Below are positions 1 to 11,843 of a stretch of DNA of 64,000 nucleotides, in pieces. Source of the stretch: Eledone cirrhosa (lineage: Eukaryota); contig OZ024748.1 in NCBI GenBank assembly GCA_964016885.1, positions 46,996,001-47,060,000 of the forward strand, in the 5' to 3' direction. The notes under the pieces were generated by a model. It saw nothing but the letters and a program-made list of their open reading frames with translations. It was not told where the DNA came from and ran no database searches. Both the position numbers and the translations under genes were made by a program. Positions within the stretch are counted from its first letter, which is position 1, and every line of letters begins with the position of its first letter.

Positions 1-45
1 CACATTATATATATATATATATATATATACATACATGTATATGAA

Positions 46-86
<41 letters not shown>

Positions 87-456
87 TACATGTATATGAA
101 TGCATATATATATACATGTGTATGCATGCCTATATATATATATATATATGCATATACATATATATATGCATGCATATACATATGCATATACATTATATAT
201 ATATGCATGCACATGCATATACATATATATATGCATGCATATATATTTATATATATAACATGTATATGTTCATATACATATATACGCATATACATATATA
301 TGCATATATATATATATGCATGTATATGCATATACATATATATATGCATGTACATATATATATGCATATGCATATATATGCATATATATATATATATATA
401 TGCATATACATATATATGCATATGCATATATATGCATATATATATATATATGCATA

Positions 457-491
<35 letters not shown>

Positions 492-508
492 ATACACAAA
501 GACACACA
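1..508. repeat. (TA)n/(TATGCA)-type degenerate microsatellite
   Basis: Direct reading; overlapping ORFs are IY/MH low-complexity artefacts. Confidence 0.95.
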
Positions 509-819
509 TGATTTTGTAATTTATCACTATTATCGTCATCCAACTGAAATTACCGCTTGTCTCTCATTCACAATTGTGATATTCGAAATGTGTTCCTGCT
601 ATCAGGGTAGCAACATTTGATTCAATTTTGAATAAGCTGGGAGCAGAATTCATAGGCACGGGTTTGACACACCGCGGTGAATTAGATTACACAAATATAA
701 ACAGAAATATGTGAGAGGAAAAATATTCAGAATATCCACATAAATCACATCACAAACGAAGGTGAACTTGCGGTTGATATTTAAAATATAATTCTGAAAT
801 AAAATACAAAGACAAATTT

Positions 820-1005
820 ATTGTTTTTCTACTTTTGGCACAAGGCCAGCAAATAACCAGTGTATTACTGGTACTTTTATCGACCTCATAAGGATGAAGG
901 CAAAGTTCACCTCGGCGGGATTTGAACTCAGAATGGCAAGGGCTGTAACTCTATGCGTCAAAGCATGGCCTCCGACTCTCTACCGATACTGCCAATCCAC
1001 CGCCC
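820..1005 (-). mobile_element. tRNA-derived SINE, family 1
   Basis: Reverse strand reads GGGCGGTGGATTGGCAGTATCGGTAGAG (A-box-like) ... GAGTTCAAATCCC (B-box) ... CCTTCATCCTTATGAGGTCGATAAAAGTACCAG ... GGCCTTGTGCCAAAAGTAGAAA. More than 12 homologous copies in the window. Confidence 0.9.
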
Positions 1006-1145
1006 TACAAAGACGAAATAATAATCACAGTTCTTTTCCATACGGTTTCTGTGCGTCAGAAAGTTAGGTTTAGAGTAAGAGAGGTTCTCTCTGACATTCT
1101 CTCCCATATATATATATATATATATACAGTATATATATATATATA

Positions 1146-1325
1146 TATTGTTATACTTGGGGAGGGTCATATTGTTGTAATAATATTGCCAGAAATAATA
1201 ACAGAATACACTCACTGTTTGGTTGGTTTTCGCTTCTCTATCTTTTATATCGCCACAGTTAATTCATTTGGTCCTCAATGTTTATCATTGACTGACCAAC
1301 GGTCAAAAATGCAGATCTAAACATA
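1146..1325 (-). mobile_element. Diverged fragment sharing the family-B terminus, inserted in (TA)n
   Basis: ATATTGTTATACTTGGGGAGGGTCATATTG matches the termini at 6059-6090 and 11535-11562; flanked by (TA)n. Confidence 0.5.
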
Positions 1326-1412
1326 TATATTGTCTATATATATACGTAACATATATATATATATATATAGTAATAATAATAAATGTGAAGACTGAAATCC
1401 GAAGAAGGTTCG

Positions 1413-1447
<35 letters not shown>

Positions 1448-1628
1448 CTGTTTCTACTTTAGGCACAAGGCCAGCAACTACCCAGTGCCTCACTGGTACT
1501 TTATTTTATCGACCCCGTAAGGATGAAAGGCAAAGTCAACCTCGGCGGGATTTGAACTCAGATCGTAAAGGGACGTAACTATGCTAGAAAGCATGGCGTC
1601 CGACCCTCTACCGATACTACCAATCCAC
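1448..1628 (-). mobile_element. tRNA-derived SINE, family 1
   Basis: Near-identical to the reverse complement of 40279-40467. Confidence 0.9.
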
Positions 1629-1634
1629 ATATAT

Positions 1635-1815
1635 AACGAAGGAATTGTGGTAAGGAACCAGATGGACCATAACGCACCTTAGTACTCAATACTTAGGGTA
1701 GTAGAATGGGTAATAGGAACAAGTATGACCCCGACGGCAGAGCTCAAGCCGTTTCGATGGCTATTTCTGGACTAGCCCTCGAAACGGCTTGAGCTCTGCC
1801 CTCGGGGTCATACTT

Positions 1816-1820
<5 letters not shown>
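1635..1820 (-). mobile_element. Family A short non-coding element with fold-back end
   Basis: Homologous to 29956-30095, 31987-32178 and 34908-35059. Inverted arms GACCCCGACGGCAGAGCTCAAGCCGTTTCGA / TCGAAACGGCTTGAGCTCTGCCCTCGGGGTC; (TA)n flanks. Confidence 0.8.
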
Positions 1821-1857
<37 letters not shown>

Positions 1858-1905
1858 CAAGAAAGAAGAGTAACATGGTTTGCTATACAATAGGGGCTTT
1901 ATTCA

Positions 1906-2018
1906 CATTGCTGACAATGGTTTCTCTGAACTGGTAGGTCTAGAGATCGCTACCCACCTGTTTTTGAGTCAATCGATCCCCAATACTTTGTTATAACCAG
2001 TCTATTCATCAGAGCATG
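1906..2018 (-). ncRNA. Type I hammerhead ribozyme in pLTR of PLE copy 1
   Basis: Reverse strand: tgct-CTGATGA-[long stem II, ACTGG...CCAGT]-GAAA-ccattg-TC-agca; minimal stem III as in PLE-associated HHRs. Confidence 0.7.
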
Positions 2019-2848
2019 CGAGAATGAAGGAAATACACAGGCATGGCTTTTATATATAGTAGTGGCATTAAATCAGAACAATAATAATACTAAAATAAAT
2101 TAGGTAGATAGTAAATAGTTAAAACAATCACAACATCAATCTAAGTATGAAATAGAGTATACTGATCACTTTAGCGTGTAAAACGAACTGATACGAAACA
2201 GATGTATGAAATTGTCATGTGAAAGCTGTCATGGGGTACATTATATATAGTGTAGAGATAACCAGGGGCTTGAAACAATGGACCATTTACTTTACTGTTG
2301 GTTTGCTGACCATAAGATTTATTTATTATCTGACAGATAAAATATTTTCATTGTAGTGAGGATGGTAATTTGTATGTGGTGGAAAGTGGATTCATTATTT
2401 AAGTGGTCTATATTAGATGTAGGGATTGTTAGTTCGAATCATGGCGGTTGTTTAGCCTTCACAACATCAATAACAAATAGGCAATAAGGTAATACAGAGG
2501 TTAAGAAAGCAAGGTATATATAGAGAACATGATGAATACTATTACGGATACATTCGAGTGTTCATTATAACAACAGGAGGAAGGTGATATTTCAAGGACT
2601 GTGGTTGTAGTCAGATAATGTATTTAGAATTAAGTTCATCTGTTGAAAATCATGAGTGCTAATGTGATGAGGTGGTGTTGACAGCAGCCGAGAAGAGATA
2701 TATTTATGGGTTGATAAGAAATTTGCAGACATTACTGTGGTATAGAATTAAGGAGGCTAGAAGCTGTTTAAAGAATATTATAGTTCTGTGGTGGTCTGTG
2801 TGAGAGTGCCGATTGCATATGTTGAATGCTAAGTTATGTTGGTTTGAA

Positions 2849-4510
2849 TCACGGTGGCTTAAATCTTGTGAATTTAGTAGCGATCCTGTGTCTGCAGAAA
2901 ATTGACCTTTCTATTTTGTTGTTGAGTAGCCTTTTATCGTTCCTAAGGATATATAGTAATTCAAGGTCGCAGAGCCTACAATAGGACATACCGGTACTAT
3001 ATGCCCTTGCGGCCGACAACCTCGACCAGTTGATATTGTAGTCGACGTTATTGTTCTTAAGTTCCCAGATTTGTTTGGCGAGGGTTGTAGAACATATTAG
3101 TGCACGGTTCTTCATCGAATGTCTGTGCACATACCATCTTTTTTAAACGTACGCGCGGTGGATCCAATGTAATGCCACATGGATTTGCCCGACTTCACCG
3201 ACACTAGGCTCGAATCAAGGCACCTGTTCGTCAATGGGCACCTATCTGGTAGGTGACAGTTGCAGTTTTAGGTGTTATTCCGTGCAGTTTCCACACTTCT
3301 GTTTCGTATACTGTTATTAGTGGGTTGTGATTCATGCCCGTTGAGGTTTTGCTGCGGCGCGCTCGTATGCATTTGCGGTTGTGATACGGTGATGTGTTTA
3401 TGTTTAGAATTTAGTGCTATGTTGCGTATAGGTGGGGTGGTTTCCCTATAGGTATTTCTGTGGTTGATCTTGTGTATGTGGGATTCAATATTTGCAGCCG
3501 TAGAGTATGAGAGTTTTATAGTTTTTCTATTGAGGATTTTATGATATCTATGTGATATAGGGAAGTGCTTATCTATTAGTTTAAAAAACATAGAAGGCAG
3601 TCTAGTTTTTACAGAGGAGTTGAAGATTGGATTAAACCATAGGTATTTTCTTTCTCTAATTCTTCTATAGTTTCTAGGGTTTACATTATTCGTGTTTTGA
3701 CCACCTACTCTAGGTGCTATTTGCCTACCTCTATGTCTAGTCCCGTTACCTCTATTTCTGTGTGAGCGGTTGGTGTCAGTGTTAGTGGGTTTGTTTGAGT
3801 TGTCCTTATCCGTTATAAACTGTACCTTTTCTTTGTCCGGCCCTATGTAATGCCGCGTTATAATAGTTAGCATGCTCATTAAAAATTTCTTGGTTTGAGG
3901 ATAAGCGTGATATTCTAACGGATATACTACGTGCTATGGATCTGATTATGGATCGGGGGTGGTTTGAGTTATAATTAATGTAGGCCAGATTTTCATTATT
4001 TTTGTGGAAGGGTTCTATTAATCCCGTATTTAGATTTAGCGTTACGTCGAGAAAGTTTGCCATTTTATGATTCAGTTCGTAGGTAATACTTAGGCCTAAT
4101 TTTTTGAAGAATGTTCTAATGTTTTTTCTTAATCTTTCCATGCTCTGCTTATTTAAGTTCCTAGCTATAAGGAGCGTGTCATCTCTATAAATCCCTCCTT
4201 GGAGGTTACTAAATTCTTTATGTAGGTTGTGTGCTATAAATAACCCCACGACGTCAGTGATTTGCGCTGAATCGTCCGATCCCATTGTTATATCGAAGCT
4301 GTTATCCTATCTTTTCTTAGCCAATAGCTATTTTCAAATTTTATGATAGTCCTTCTAGCAGCTAGTATTATTTCAATTTCACCAGGGGTAAGATCGGAGT
4401 AATTTGGGGCAAACATAAGCGCTTTATCTAGGGTGGCTGGGGATATGGATGCGTAGTAATCGTTTATATCGAATTGTATGAAGTTACATGCCTCTCTATT
4501 TCCTATTTTA
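2849..4510 (-). pseudogene. Disrupted PLE reverse transcriptase-GIY-YIG endonuclease ORF
   Basis: ORF fragments 3806-4285, 3268-3879 and 2849-3130 join into one RT-EN polyprotein through frameshifts and a TAA at 3268-3270. Confidence 0.9.
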
Positions 4511-4721
4511 CTGAAACATGGGATATTCTAAGGGATATACTACGGGCTATCGATCTGATTATGGGATATACTACGTGTTATGGATCTGATTATGGATCGG
4601 GTGTGGTTTGAGTTATAACTAAGGTTGAGTCAAACTTAGCCAAGCGTTAGTACTATCCATTACTCGGAGTACCCTAACTGAACTACATCTAAGTGGACTA
4701 CCTATAACAATTTGTTATCCC

Positions 4722-4816
<95 letters not shown>

Positions 4817-5194
4817 GTGAAAGCAGCGATTCTTTACTTAAACTTTAATCTTTAATATTAATATACATATATATATATTGATTGATAGAGAGAGAGGGGG
4901 CGGGTGGGGGGGGGGGGGGGGGACGAGTAAGAAAACTCGATTAAAACGACAACAGTGTTCGAAAGGTATATTTGTTCGATCTAGAATTTAAACTCAGAGT
5001 ATAGAGAACCACTACAAATATCTGATAATATTCTATCTAGCGATCTATTTATCTATCTAAGACTGGATGTGTTCAAACCAGCAGAAACTCGCACCAGTTT
5101 TTAAATGGCCAAGCATGTTCCTATGGCGTCCCTATGATTCTATCAGGAGATTCGCAGGTTTATAAGTACGGCACCATATTTAGCTTTAGACAAA

Positions 5195-5234
<40 letters not shown>

Positions 5235-5239
<5 letters not shown>

Positions 5240-5289
5240 AGTATGTGTGTATACGTACATACATATATGTATACAGACGTACAGTAGCA

Positions 5290-5351
<62 letters not shown>

Positions 5352-5552
5352 TACAGGTACACATACATATATGCACGTATCAGTTTAGCGGACGCTTATT
5401 ATAAGGCCGCTTTGTTCATTTGTAAACAAACTGAACAGCCCGAATTTTACTGTTCAGTTTGTTTACAAATGAACAAAGCGGCGTTATAATAAGAGTCCGC
5501 TAAACTGATACGTGCATATATGTATGTGTACCTGTATGTATATGTGTGTATG

Positions 5553-5636
<84 letters not shown>

Positions 5637-5750
5637 TGCTACTGTACGTCTGTATACATACATGTATGTACGTAAACACACATACTTACATTTAAGTAAG
5701 TGCCGTACTAAGAGTGAGAAATGAAATTTCGTTTTCATTTTATTTCAACT
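5235..5750. repeat. Long fold-back inverted repeat (family C) with one-sided tail
   Basis: Arms 5235-5438 and 5450-5691 are near-perfect reverse complements, including an internal (TA)n; 11-nt loop; unique extension 5692-5750. Confidence 0.9.
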
Positions 5751-6029
5751 TATATATATATATATATATATATAACGTATGCGGAAATTAACTTTTCTTC
5801 TGCTTTCTCTATTTTTTTTGTTATTATCATTATTTTTATTTTCATTATTTGTACAAATATGCAACTTAACAATATTCCGCATACCCGCAATTGACAATGC
5901 ATTTAATGCTGCAACTGGCATTGTAATTAAATTAAGGCTTTGAAATTTCACTAAAATAAACCTCTTCAACATTTTCTACTGAAAAAAATCTTTTTCCCTT
6001 CTACCAATTATATATATATATATATATTT

Positions 6030-6345
6030 CGTTTCTGAAAACGTGTGTTGAAACCGATATTGCTATGCTTTGGGAGGGTCATGTTGCCAATAAGAAAGAC
6101 ACGCACCAGTTGCTTTCACTACAATTTATTATAAATGAAATTCATAAATTTAAGAATTTATAAATTTCCGGTTGGTTGGTTGGTTACACAACCAGACGAT
6201 TGTTCATATATTGTCAAAGTTCTTTCGTCACACATTCTGTGACCTCTTCAGTGACTGGGGATTCTCTTCTTTATAATAAATTGGAGTGAAAGCAACTGGT
6301 GCGTGTGTTTCTTATTGGCAACATGACCCTCCCAAAGTATAACAA
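6030..6345. mobile_element. Family B HHR-bearing element, inverted configuration
   Basis: Inverted ~75-bp arms (6059-6135 / 6270-6345); homologous to 11480-11843; HHR on the - strand at 6213-6255. Confidence 0.85.
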
Positions 6346-6399
6346 TATATATATATATATATATACATTCATTCACAAATAAATCAGTTTTAAAGAATA

Positions 6400-6720
6400 G
6401 ATTTGTATTACATTATCACTATACCTGAACTGCCGTGTGTAGGTCGTAACGCTGTTACATACATATACATCAGTTGTGCAAACAGTGTTATGTTACTGAC
6501 TGGTTAACAAAGCGATTTATTGACTGTCATAGTGGAAACCACTCAAAGTGTAATCTGCAACCTTATAAACTTGAATGGCATATAGGTGTCAGAAGGTCTC
6601 ATTTTAATTGCAGGCAGAATGCCAGGTTTCCCATTCAGCAACAATGTGGTTTTCAATCTTACTTTCTTACACCGCCTTCAAACTCACGTCCATTTTAAGG
6701 ACTTATTCGAGTTCTTGTTT
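6400..6720 (+). pseudogene. Highly decayed GIY-YIG endonuclease relic (Neptune/Penelope-like)
   Basis: Frameshifted translation C.GRNAVTYI..CKQCYV..LTKRF..FLHRLQT resembles the C..NVIY.I.C..C...YVG.T...L..RF..H...I..L.T pattern; weak. Confidence 0.35.
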
Positions 6721-7480
6721 ATTATATATTCCATTACTCTTATTTCACAATAGCATTGCTGCACAAGTCTTCTTTAATATCGAATATATGTAGGCGTGGG
6801 GTTGCAGCTGTTTAAGAAGCCCAATGGATAATTGTACAATCTATGTTTATCGGCACCAGAATTAATCCTTTTTTTTTTCCAGTTATCTCCATCAAATATA
6901 TTGATATAATTTCAACATTTATAGAAAAGTTCAACAATATCCTTGGAATGGGATAATATAGTTCCCTTTGTGATCAGTTAAATGTTCTGATGGGTTACCT
7001 GATACTTGATTTACGATTTCATTTAATCTTATTTAGCCCCTAACCATTTGGAAGCTCAAAACCTTGTCATTATTCAGAATGTGCTATACATGGCATAAAT
7101 TGAATTTATATTATATCCTACAAGATCCTGAATTGAATCGAAAGATTCTACAGAGATATTGAAACCCTGCATCTAAAAAAAAAAAAAAAAGTTTCTGAGT
7201 GACGAAATCTTAACATATTACTAAACAAAATAACCAAAACCCTGAAACAGGCGCTCGAACGTGAGAACAGTAAGATTTCAAAAAGTGCAAATTCCTTTGT
7301 TTTATTTATTTATTCTATTTTCTCTCTGTTCATATGCTTTTCAAAGGTAGAATTGAGATGGAGGGTCATCACTAACAATATATTGAGAGTACTGCTATTG
7401 CTGCTGTTGATGATGTACTCCTGAAGAGCCAAATACATTGCCTTTCTCGGATGTACATGATAAAATGACAAGTCAGTCAA

Positions 7481-7700
7481 TCATATTGATGTCCTCCCTA
7501 CAGCCCCGGCAGACAGAATGGAGAAGGCGTTTACCCGGAGGACGGCAAGGGAGACGCGCTGGAAGAGCCATTCCAACTCGCGAGGCTCACACCAGTGGCT
7601 GTTCAGCTCAGCGCCTATGGTGGTGAGTAGGCAGGTAGTCATAGGGCCGAGGACACCAGAAGTCTCCACTGCCAAGTGTACGAGTCGTAAGTGAAACCAC
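7481..7700 (-). mobile_element. 3' fragment of RLE-type non-LTR retrotransposon (CRE-like)
   Basis: LAVETSGVLGP...EPRELEWLFQRVSLAVLRVNAFSI matches the aET.G..G...LFQR.S.A.qRGNA C-terminus of restriction-like endonuclease LINEs; locally GC-rich. Confidence 0.6.
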
Positions 7701-8764
7701 TCCGAAAAAATCGGTTCTCAATGCGATTCCATGTGACCCTAAAATTGAGACACTAGTGTACATCAAGGAAGGCGTCGAACAGAAACACTAAGCTCATCAC
7801 CAAAATGGTACACATGGGCATTTTTATCGTTCATTTTAAAATTCTGATCCCGTAATCTTGATAGCCTTTTGCAGACTTGTCAGCTCTCCTCGTTTGGTGG
7901 AGAGATCTGTTCTCTTGTGAAAATAGGGATAGCTTTCATTATGTAATATCTCCCCATTTTGCTTCATTTCTCCCCCTTTTGGGGCACTTGATGGCACTCC
8001 CCATTTGGGTTTTTAAATGTTGGCAGGTCTGCTATTAAACACTAGAGACACCAAAACCCTAAACCTCATATATCATATATCCTTTGGTTTATATTAGATG
8101 TCACTCTTAACATGGTCGCACATAACCAGCAAATACAGCAAGCTCCTATCAACCACGTAATGTGAATCTAATGTAATGAAAAAAGGCCAGGCGAAACAAA
8201 TAACAGAAAACATTTTATGCGTGGTTTTACTGATTCTGCCATTTGGCTACCTTCAAGATTTATTTAACATTGATGTTTCAAATTGGAAGAAGACCGTACA
8301 TATATTATTAGTAGTAGTAACATCAACAAAAAAGGGAAGAAATAGAAAATGAAGAAAAAAGAGTGAAAGTAGAAAAAGAGAAAGAAGAACAAAAAAGAAA
8401 AGATAAAGGCGAAGAAGGGAAGAAAAGGAGGAGAAGAACAACAACAAGAATTATAATAGCAACAACAACAATAATAATATAGAGAGCGCAATCTATTAAC
8501 AGTTTTTAACGGTAATTTTTTTCTTTATATTATCGAATGGCGCGGTAAGATGAAAGATAAAATCGACCGAGACAGGATTTGAACACAAAATCTCAAGAGA
8601 CGTAACATAATAGTACATTACAGCTTCTTCCAGGATTGTATTATATTTACTGTCTACACACTAACACGGCCGTTACTACCTTCCCCAAGTTGGCACAACG
8701 CCATTTTCGTTTTATCATATATATGTATATACATATATATATATACAAACACACACATATATAT

Positions 8765-9040
8765 ACTAGACCTGAGAAATGCGCAAGCTCAAAAGAGACA
8801 CAGAATGTTATAATAAACCTTTAAAAGTGTGGAACTAGAGTTGTTGTTCAAAAATATTGTAATCATTATCTATCGTACACTCTAGATGTATTTATTGTGA
8901 TATTTTTATAAAGGATACCACAGATGGTACAATAGATAATGATTACAATATGTTTTAGAAACAACTCTAGTCCCACACTTTTGAAGGTTTATTATAACAT
9001 TTTGTGGCTCTTTTGAGCTTGCGCATTTTTCAGGGCTAGT
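8765..9040. mobile_element. MITE-like / fold-back element with ~113-bp imperfect inverted repeats
   Basis: ACTAGACCTGAGAAATGCGCAAGCTCAAAAGAG ... CTCTTTTGAGCTTGCGCATTTTTCAGGGCTAGT; ~48-bp spacer. Confidence 0.8.
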
Positions 9041-9767
9041 TTAATATTTTTTTAAGGCAACGCTTGTAATAACTAGTTAAACATGATATACATTAATAAT
9101 AAATTATCGTTGTAATGTAATTAGACTATATAAATGTTATTTTATAAATAATCTTATAAATATTATTGTAAGATGTATAGAATATTTTCAGACTTTTAAT
9201 ATAAACAACTACAAAAAACAATCAATATTAAATAAATATATTTTACATAGTAATTGTTATAGTTGAATTAATAAAAATTAAATATTATATACAAATAGTC
9301 TAACATAATAATAATAAAATAATCTAACATAAAACGAACAATAATATGGACAAATGTACAAGTAAATGTGATACAACAAATATTATAAGCATGTTATAAC
9401 GAACTGAAAAAAAAGTTAATATAAATTTTAAAAATTAACAATATAACTTACCAAAACGAGAAACATATTTTGATGATAAACGACGAAATACAGGAGGAAG
9501 ATTCGAAAGCGAAACGATAAATAAACGTGCAAACAAAATGGCGGATGCTTTTGAGCAACAATTACTCTTGTTGGTTGATTAGCCAATAAGACGATACATT
9601 AAAAAACATGTTTGGCGATCACCACGGCCAGCGATCACCACGGCCTGCGGCACCCCTTGGATTTTTTATTCACAAGCTACACATATGTCAGACACGCAAA
9701 CTTAAAACATTCTGTTAGTCACTGCGTGTCTAACAGATACATCTATATGATGAAACGAAAATAGCAT

Positions 9768-9805
<38 letters not shown>

Positions 9806-9807
<2 letters not shown>

Positions 9808-10422
9808 TTTACATATATATATACATACACATACATATACGTGTTTTGCAACTGGTTGCATATAGACATGTTTTATGATATATAGCTCTGATTGTTTAAT
9901 TTATTAATTTTTCATTGAGCCAAAAAGTGACCAGTTGCAAAACACGTATATGTATGTGTATGTATATATATATGTAAACGTTTATATGTAATAATCTCCC
10001 ACTAGGTTGAGATACAAATTTGGCTATATTGTGCTGTGCTTTCTAGCAAAAATGCCACCATTCTTCCTGAAGAATCCGGCGCTCGAGTTTATATAATTAT
10101 TACATAATTATTGGAAAACTCAAAACACGGACGAAACCATGGTAGAGGTATTTAAATGTATTCTATTTTCTCCTAGTTTATTTTAAACCTAATTCTGCTT
10201 AGTTGACTGTATCTAGGCGATTACGCTGTCGAAATATTCGATAAATATTCCACAACGGCCGACACGAAGCGCTAGTTTTGGTTATTTGTTGGAGATTCCT
10301 TCATAGAAGCCTCATTCGTATAGCCTGGTCGATTCGATTTTTTATATAGTTAATTATGCTAATTGGGAGAGGAAATAGTATATATTTTATCTTGTGATTC
10401 TATAGACATGTTTTATGATATA
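9806..10422 (+). mobile_element. Family E: 540-bp terminally redundant non-coding HHR element with 5' inverted segment
   Basis: TATAGACATGTTTTATGATATATA at 9861 and 10401; 9806-9857 is inverted against 9929-9981; (TA)n flanks. Confidence 0.75.
10063..10148 (+). ncRNA. Type I hammerhead ribozyme
   Basis: cttc-CTGAAGA-a-TCCG...CGGA-c-GAAA-ccatgg-TA-gagg; palindromic stem III ACCATGGT. Confidence 0.8.
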
Positions 10423-10739
10423 TATATATATATATATATATATGGAGAGAGAGAGAAAAAGCGAGAGAGATATGTATATACGAAGGTATGTACACATATA
10501 TATATATATATATATATGCATCTGTGTATACTACGTGTGTGTGTGTATGTGTGTGTGTGTGTATGTATGTGTGTGTATGTATGTGTGTGTATGTATGTGT
10601 GTGTGTATGTATGCGTGTGTGTAAATTTATTTTCGCATACATACGATTCTGCTTATATGTGTAGATATGGGAATAACAGTTTGGTGCCCGCATGCGTTGT
10701 TAACCACCAGCACTGAAACAACCCTGGTCCTTGTTAGGA

Positions 10740-11110
10740 CATCAATCTAGAATAATATCTCATAAAACCTGCGGCGTGCTGCCAAGGATCTTAATCAATT
10801 CCCTTTTGTATAATTCCGTTTGTATATCTGTCATTCTTGTTCAGAGTTGGGATTATTGCTATGCAAGGTTTTACATCAATTGTCAAGTCAAGAGTACTGA
10901 AACAATACTGTCATAAAAAGATCAACTCGTGGTGTGAGTAGTTTATGCCTGTAGGAAAGGTTGGTTGGTAAGAGAAGCAGAGACCGGCAGCTGAACCGAT
11001 GGCTTGATAATATCAACCTGTGGCCTGGACTTGATCTTTGGTCTTTAAACTCTGGTCTTGGTAATCAAAGTTTGTGGAGAGAAATATCTCCTGTTGATGC
11101 GCTGTCTGCA
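10740..11110 (+). mobile_element. 3' relic of RTE-clade LINE
   Basis: IVKSRVLKQYCH ... GKRSRDRQLNRWLDNINLWPGL resembles the RTE C-terminus (RKL.YFGH...GKR.RGRQ..RWLDNI..WTGL). Confidence 0.55.
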
Positions 11111-11129
11111 ACTGGCGGAGTTTAGCGTC

Positions 11130-11455
11130 AAATTAGTAGGCTTTATTTCAATTTAAAAAAACCTTCAAGCACAGGCATCATTTGGTTTCGACATCTTTAC
11201 CATGTGTTGCATGAAAAGGGTTAGCCGTAGCCGGAAAGAGATTTACTATTTTTCCCGCTGCAGGATATGATAGGAAAGTAATTTCTTGTCGAGGCTAAAT
11301 AGTTATGTTCGGGCCACTGAGTTGTATCTGTGAAAACGGATTGGTAGATCTCAGTTTCAGAAGATCCCGTGAAGGGTGAAATCAGCAGTTCTTTGCTTAT
11401 ACTTTAATTTGTTCGAGCCTCTTCGGATTTTAGTCTTCACATTTATTATTACTAT
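11130..11455 (+). mobile_element. Family F element (shared 3' end abutting (TA)n)
   Basis: Terminus TCGAGCCTCTTCGGATTTTAGTCTTCACATTTATTATTACTATA recurs at 60561-60608 (+) and 1368-1412 (-); 5' boundary uncertain. Confidence 0.6.
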
Positions 11456-11479
11456 ATATATATATATATATATATATAT

Positions 11480-11843
11480 CGTTTCAGAATTTGTTTAGCA
11501 AGATTCTTTATCTGAAAACGTGTATTGAAACCGATATTGTTATGCTTTGGGAGGGTCATGTTGTGTGTGTTCACACACACAAAAACAAGATGGCGTAGGA
11601 CAGAACAAAGGAGAAGCACAAAAACAAATAAAAGAATCCCCAGTCACTGATGAGGTCACAGAATGTGTGACGAAAGAACTTTGACAATATATGAACAACC
11701 GTCCGGTTATGGAACCAACCAACCGACCAACCGGAAATTTATAAATTCTTAAATATATAAATTTAATTTATAATAAATTGGAGTGAAAGCACTGGTGCGT
11801 GTGTTTCTTATTGGCAACATGACCCTCCCAAAGCATAACAATA
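11480..11843 (+). mobile_element. Family B HHR-bearing element with short 5' inversion plus tail
   Basis: Homologous to 6030-6345. 11535-11562 is inverted against 11816-11843 and extended by the tail CTGAAAACGTGTATTGAAACCG. Confidence 0.85.
11643..11685 (+). ncRNA. Minimal type I hammerhead ribozyme
   Basis: gtca-CTGATGA-g-GTCACA gaatg TGTGAC-GAAA-gaac-TT-tgac. The second copy at 6213-6255 (-) has CTGAAGA, i.e. a change at the tolerant N7 position. Confidence 0.8.

Larger units (their letters stand above)
1855..4722 (-). mobile_element. Penelope-like element (Naiad-type) copy 1, 5'-truncated, degenerate
   Basis: RT motifs MGSDDSAQITDVVG, GGIYRDD, NFLDVTLNL, YINYNSNHP; linker WFNP and TIKLSYS; GIY-YIG CNC..CP...C..YIGST; C-terminal CRLCDLE..CRH. 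Stops and frameshifts present; (TA)n both sides. Confidence 0.9.

Noticed and set aside
7504-7622. + strand exon with CAG/GTGAGT signals
   Set aside because: Better explained as the antisense strand of an RLE-LINE C-terminal fragment.
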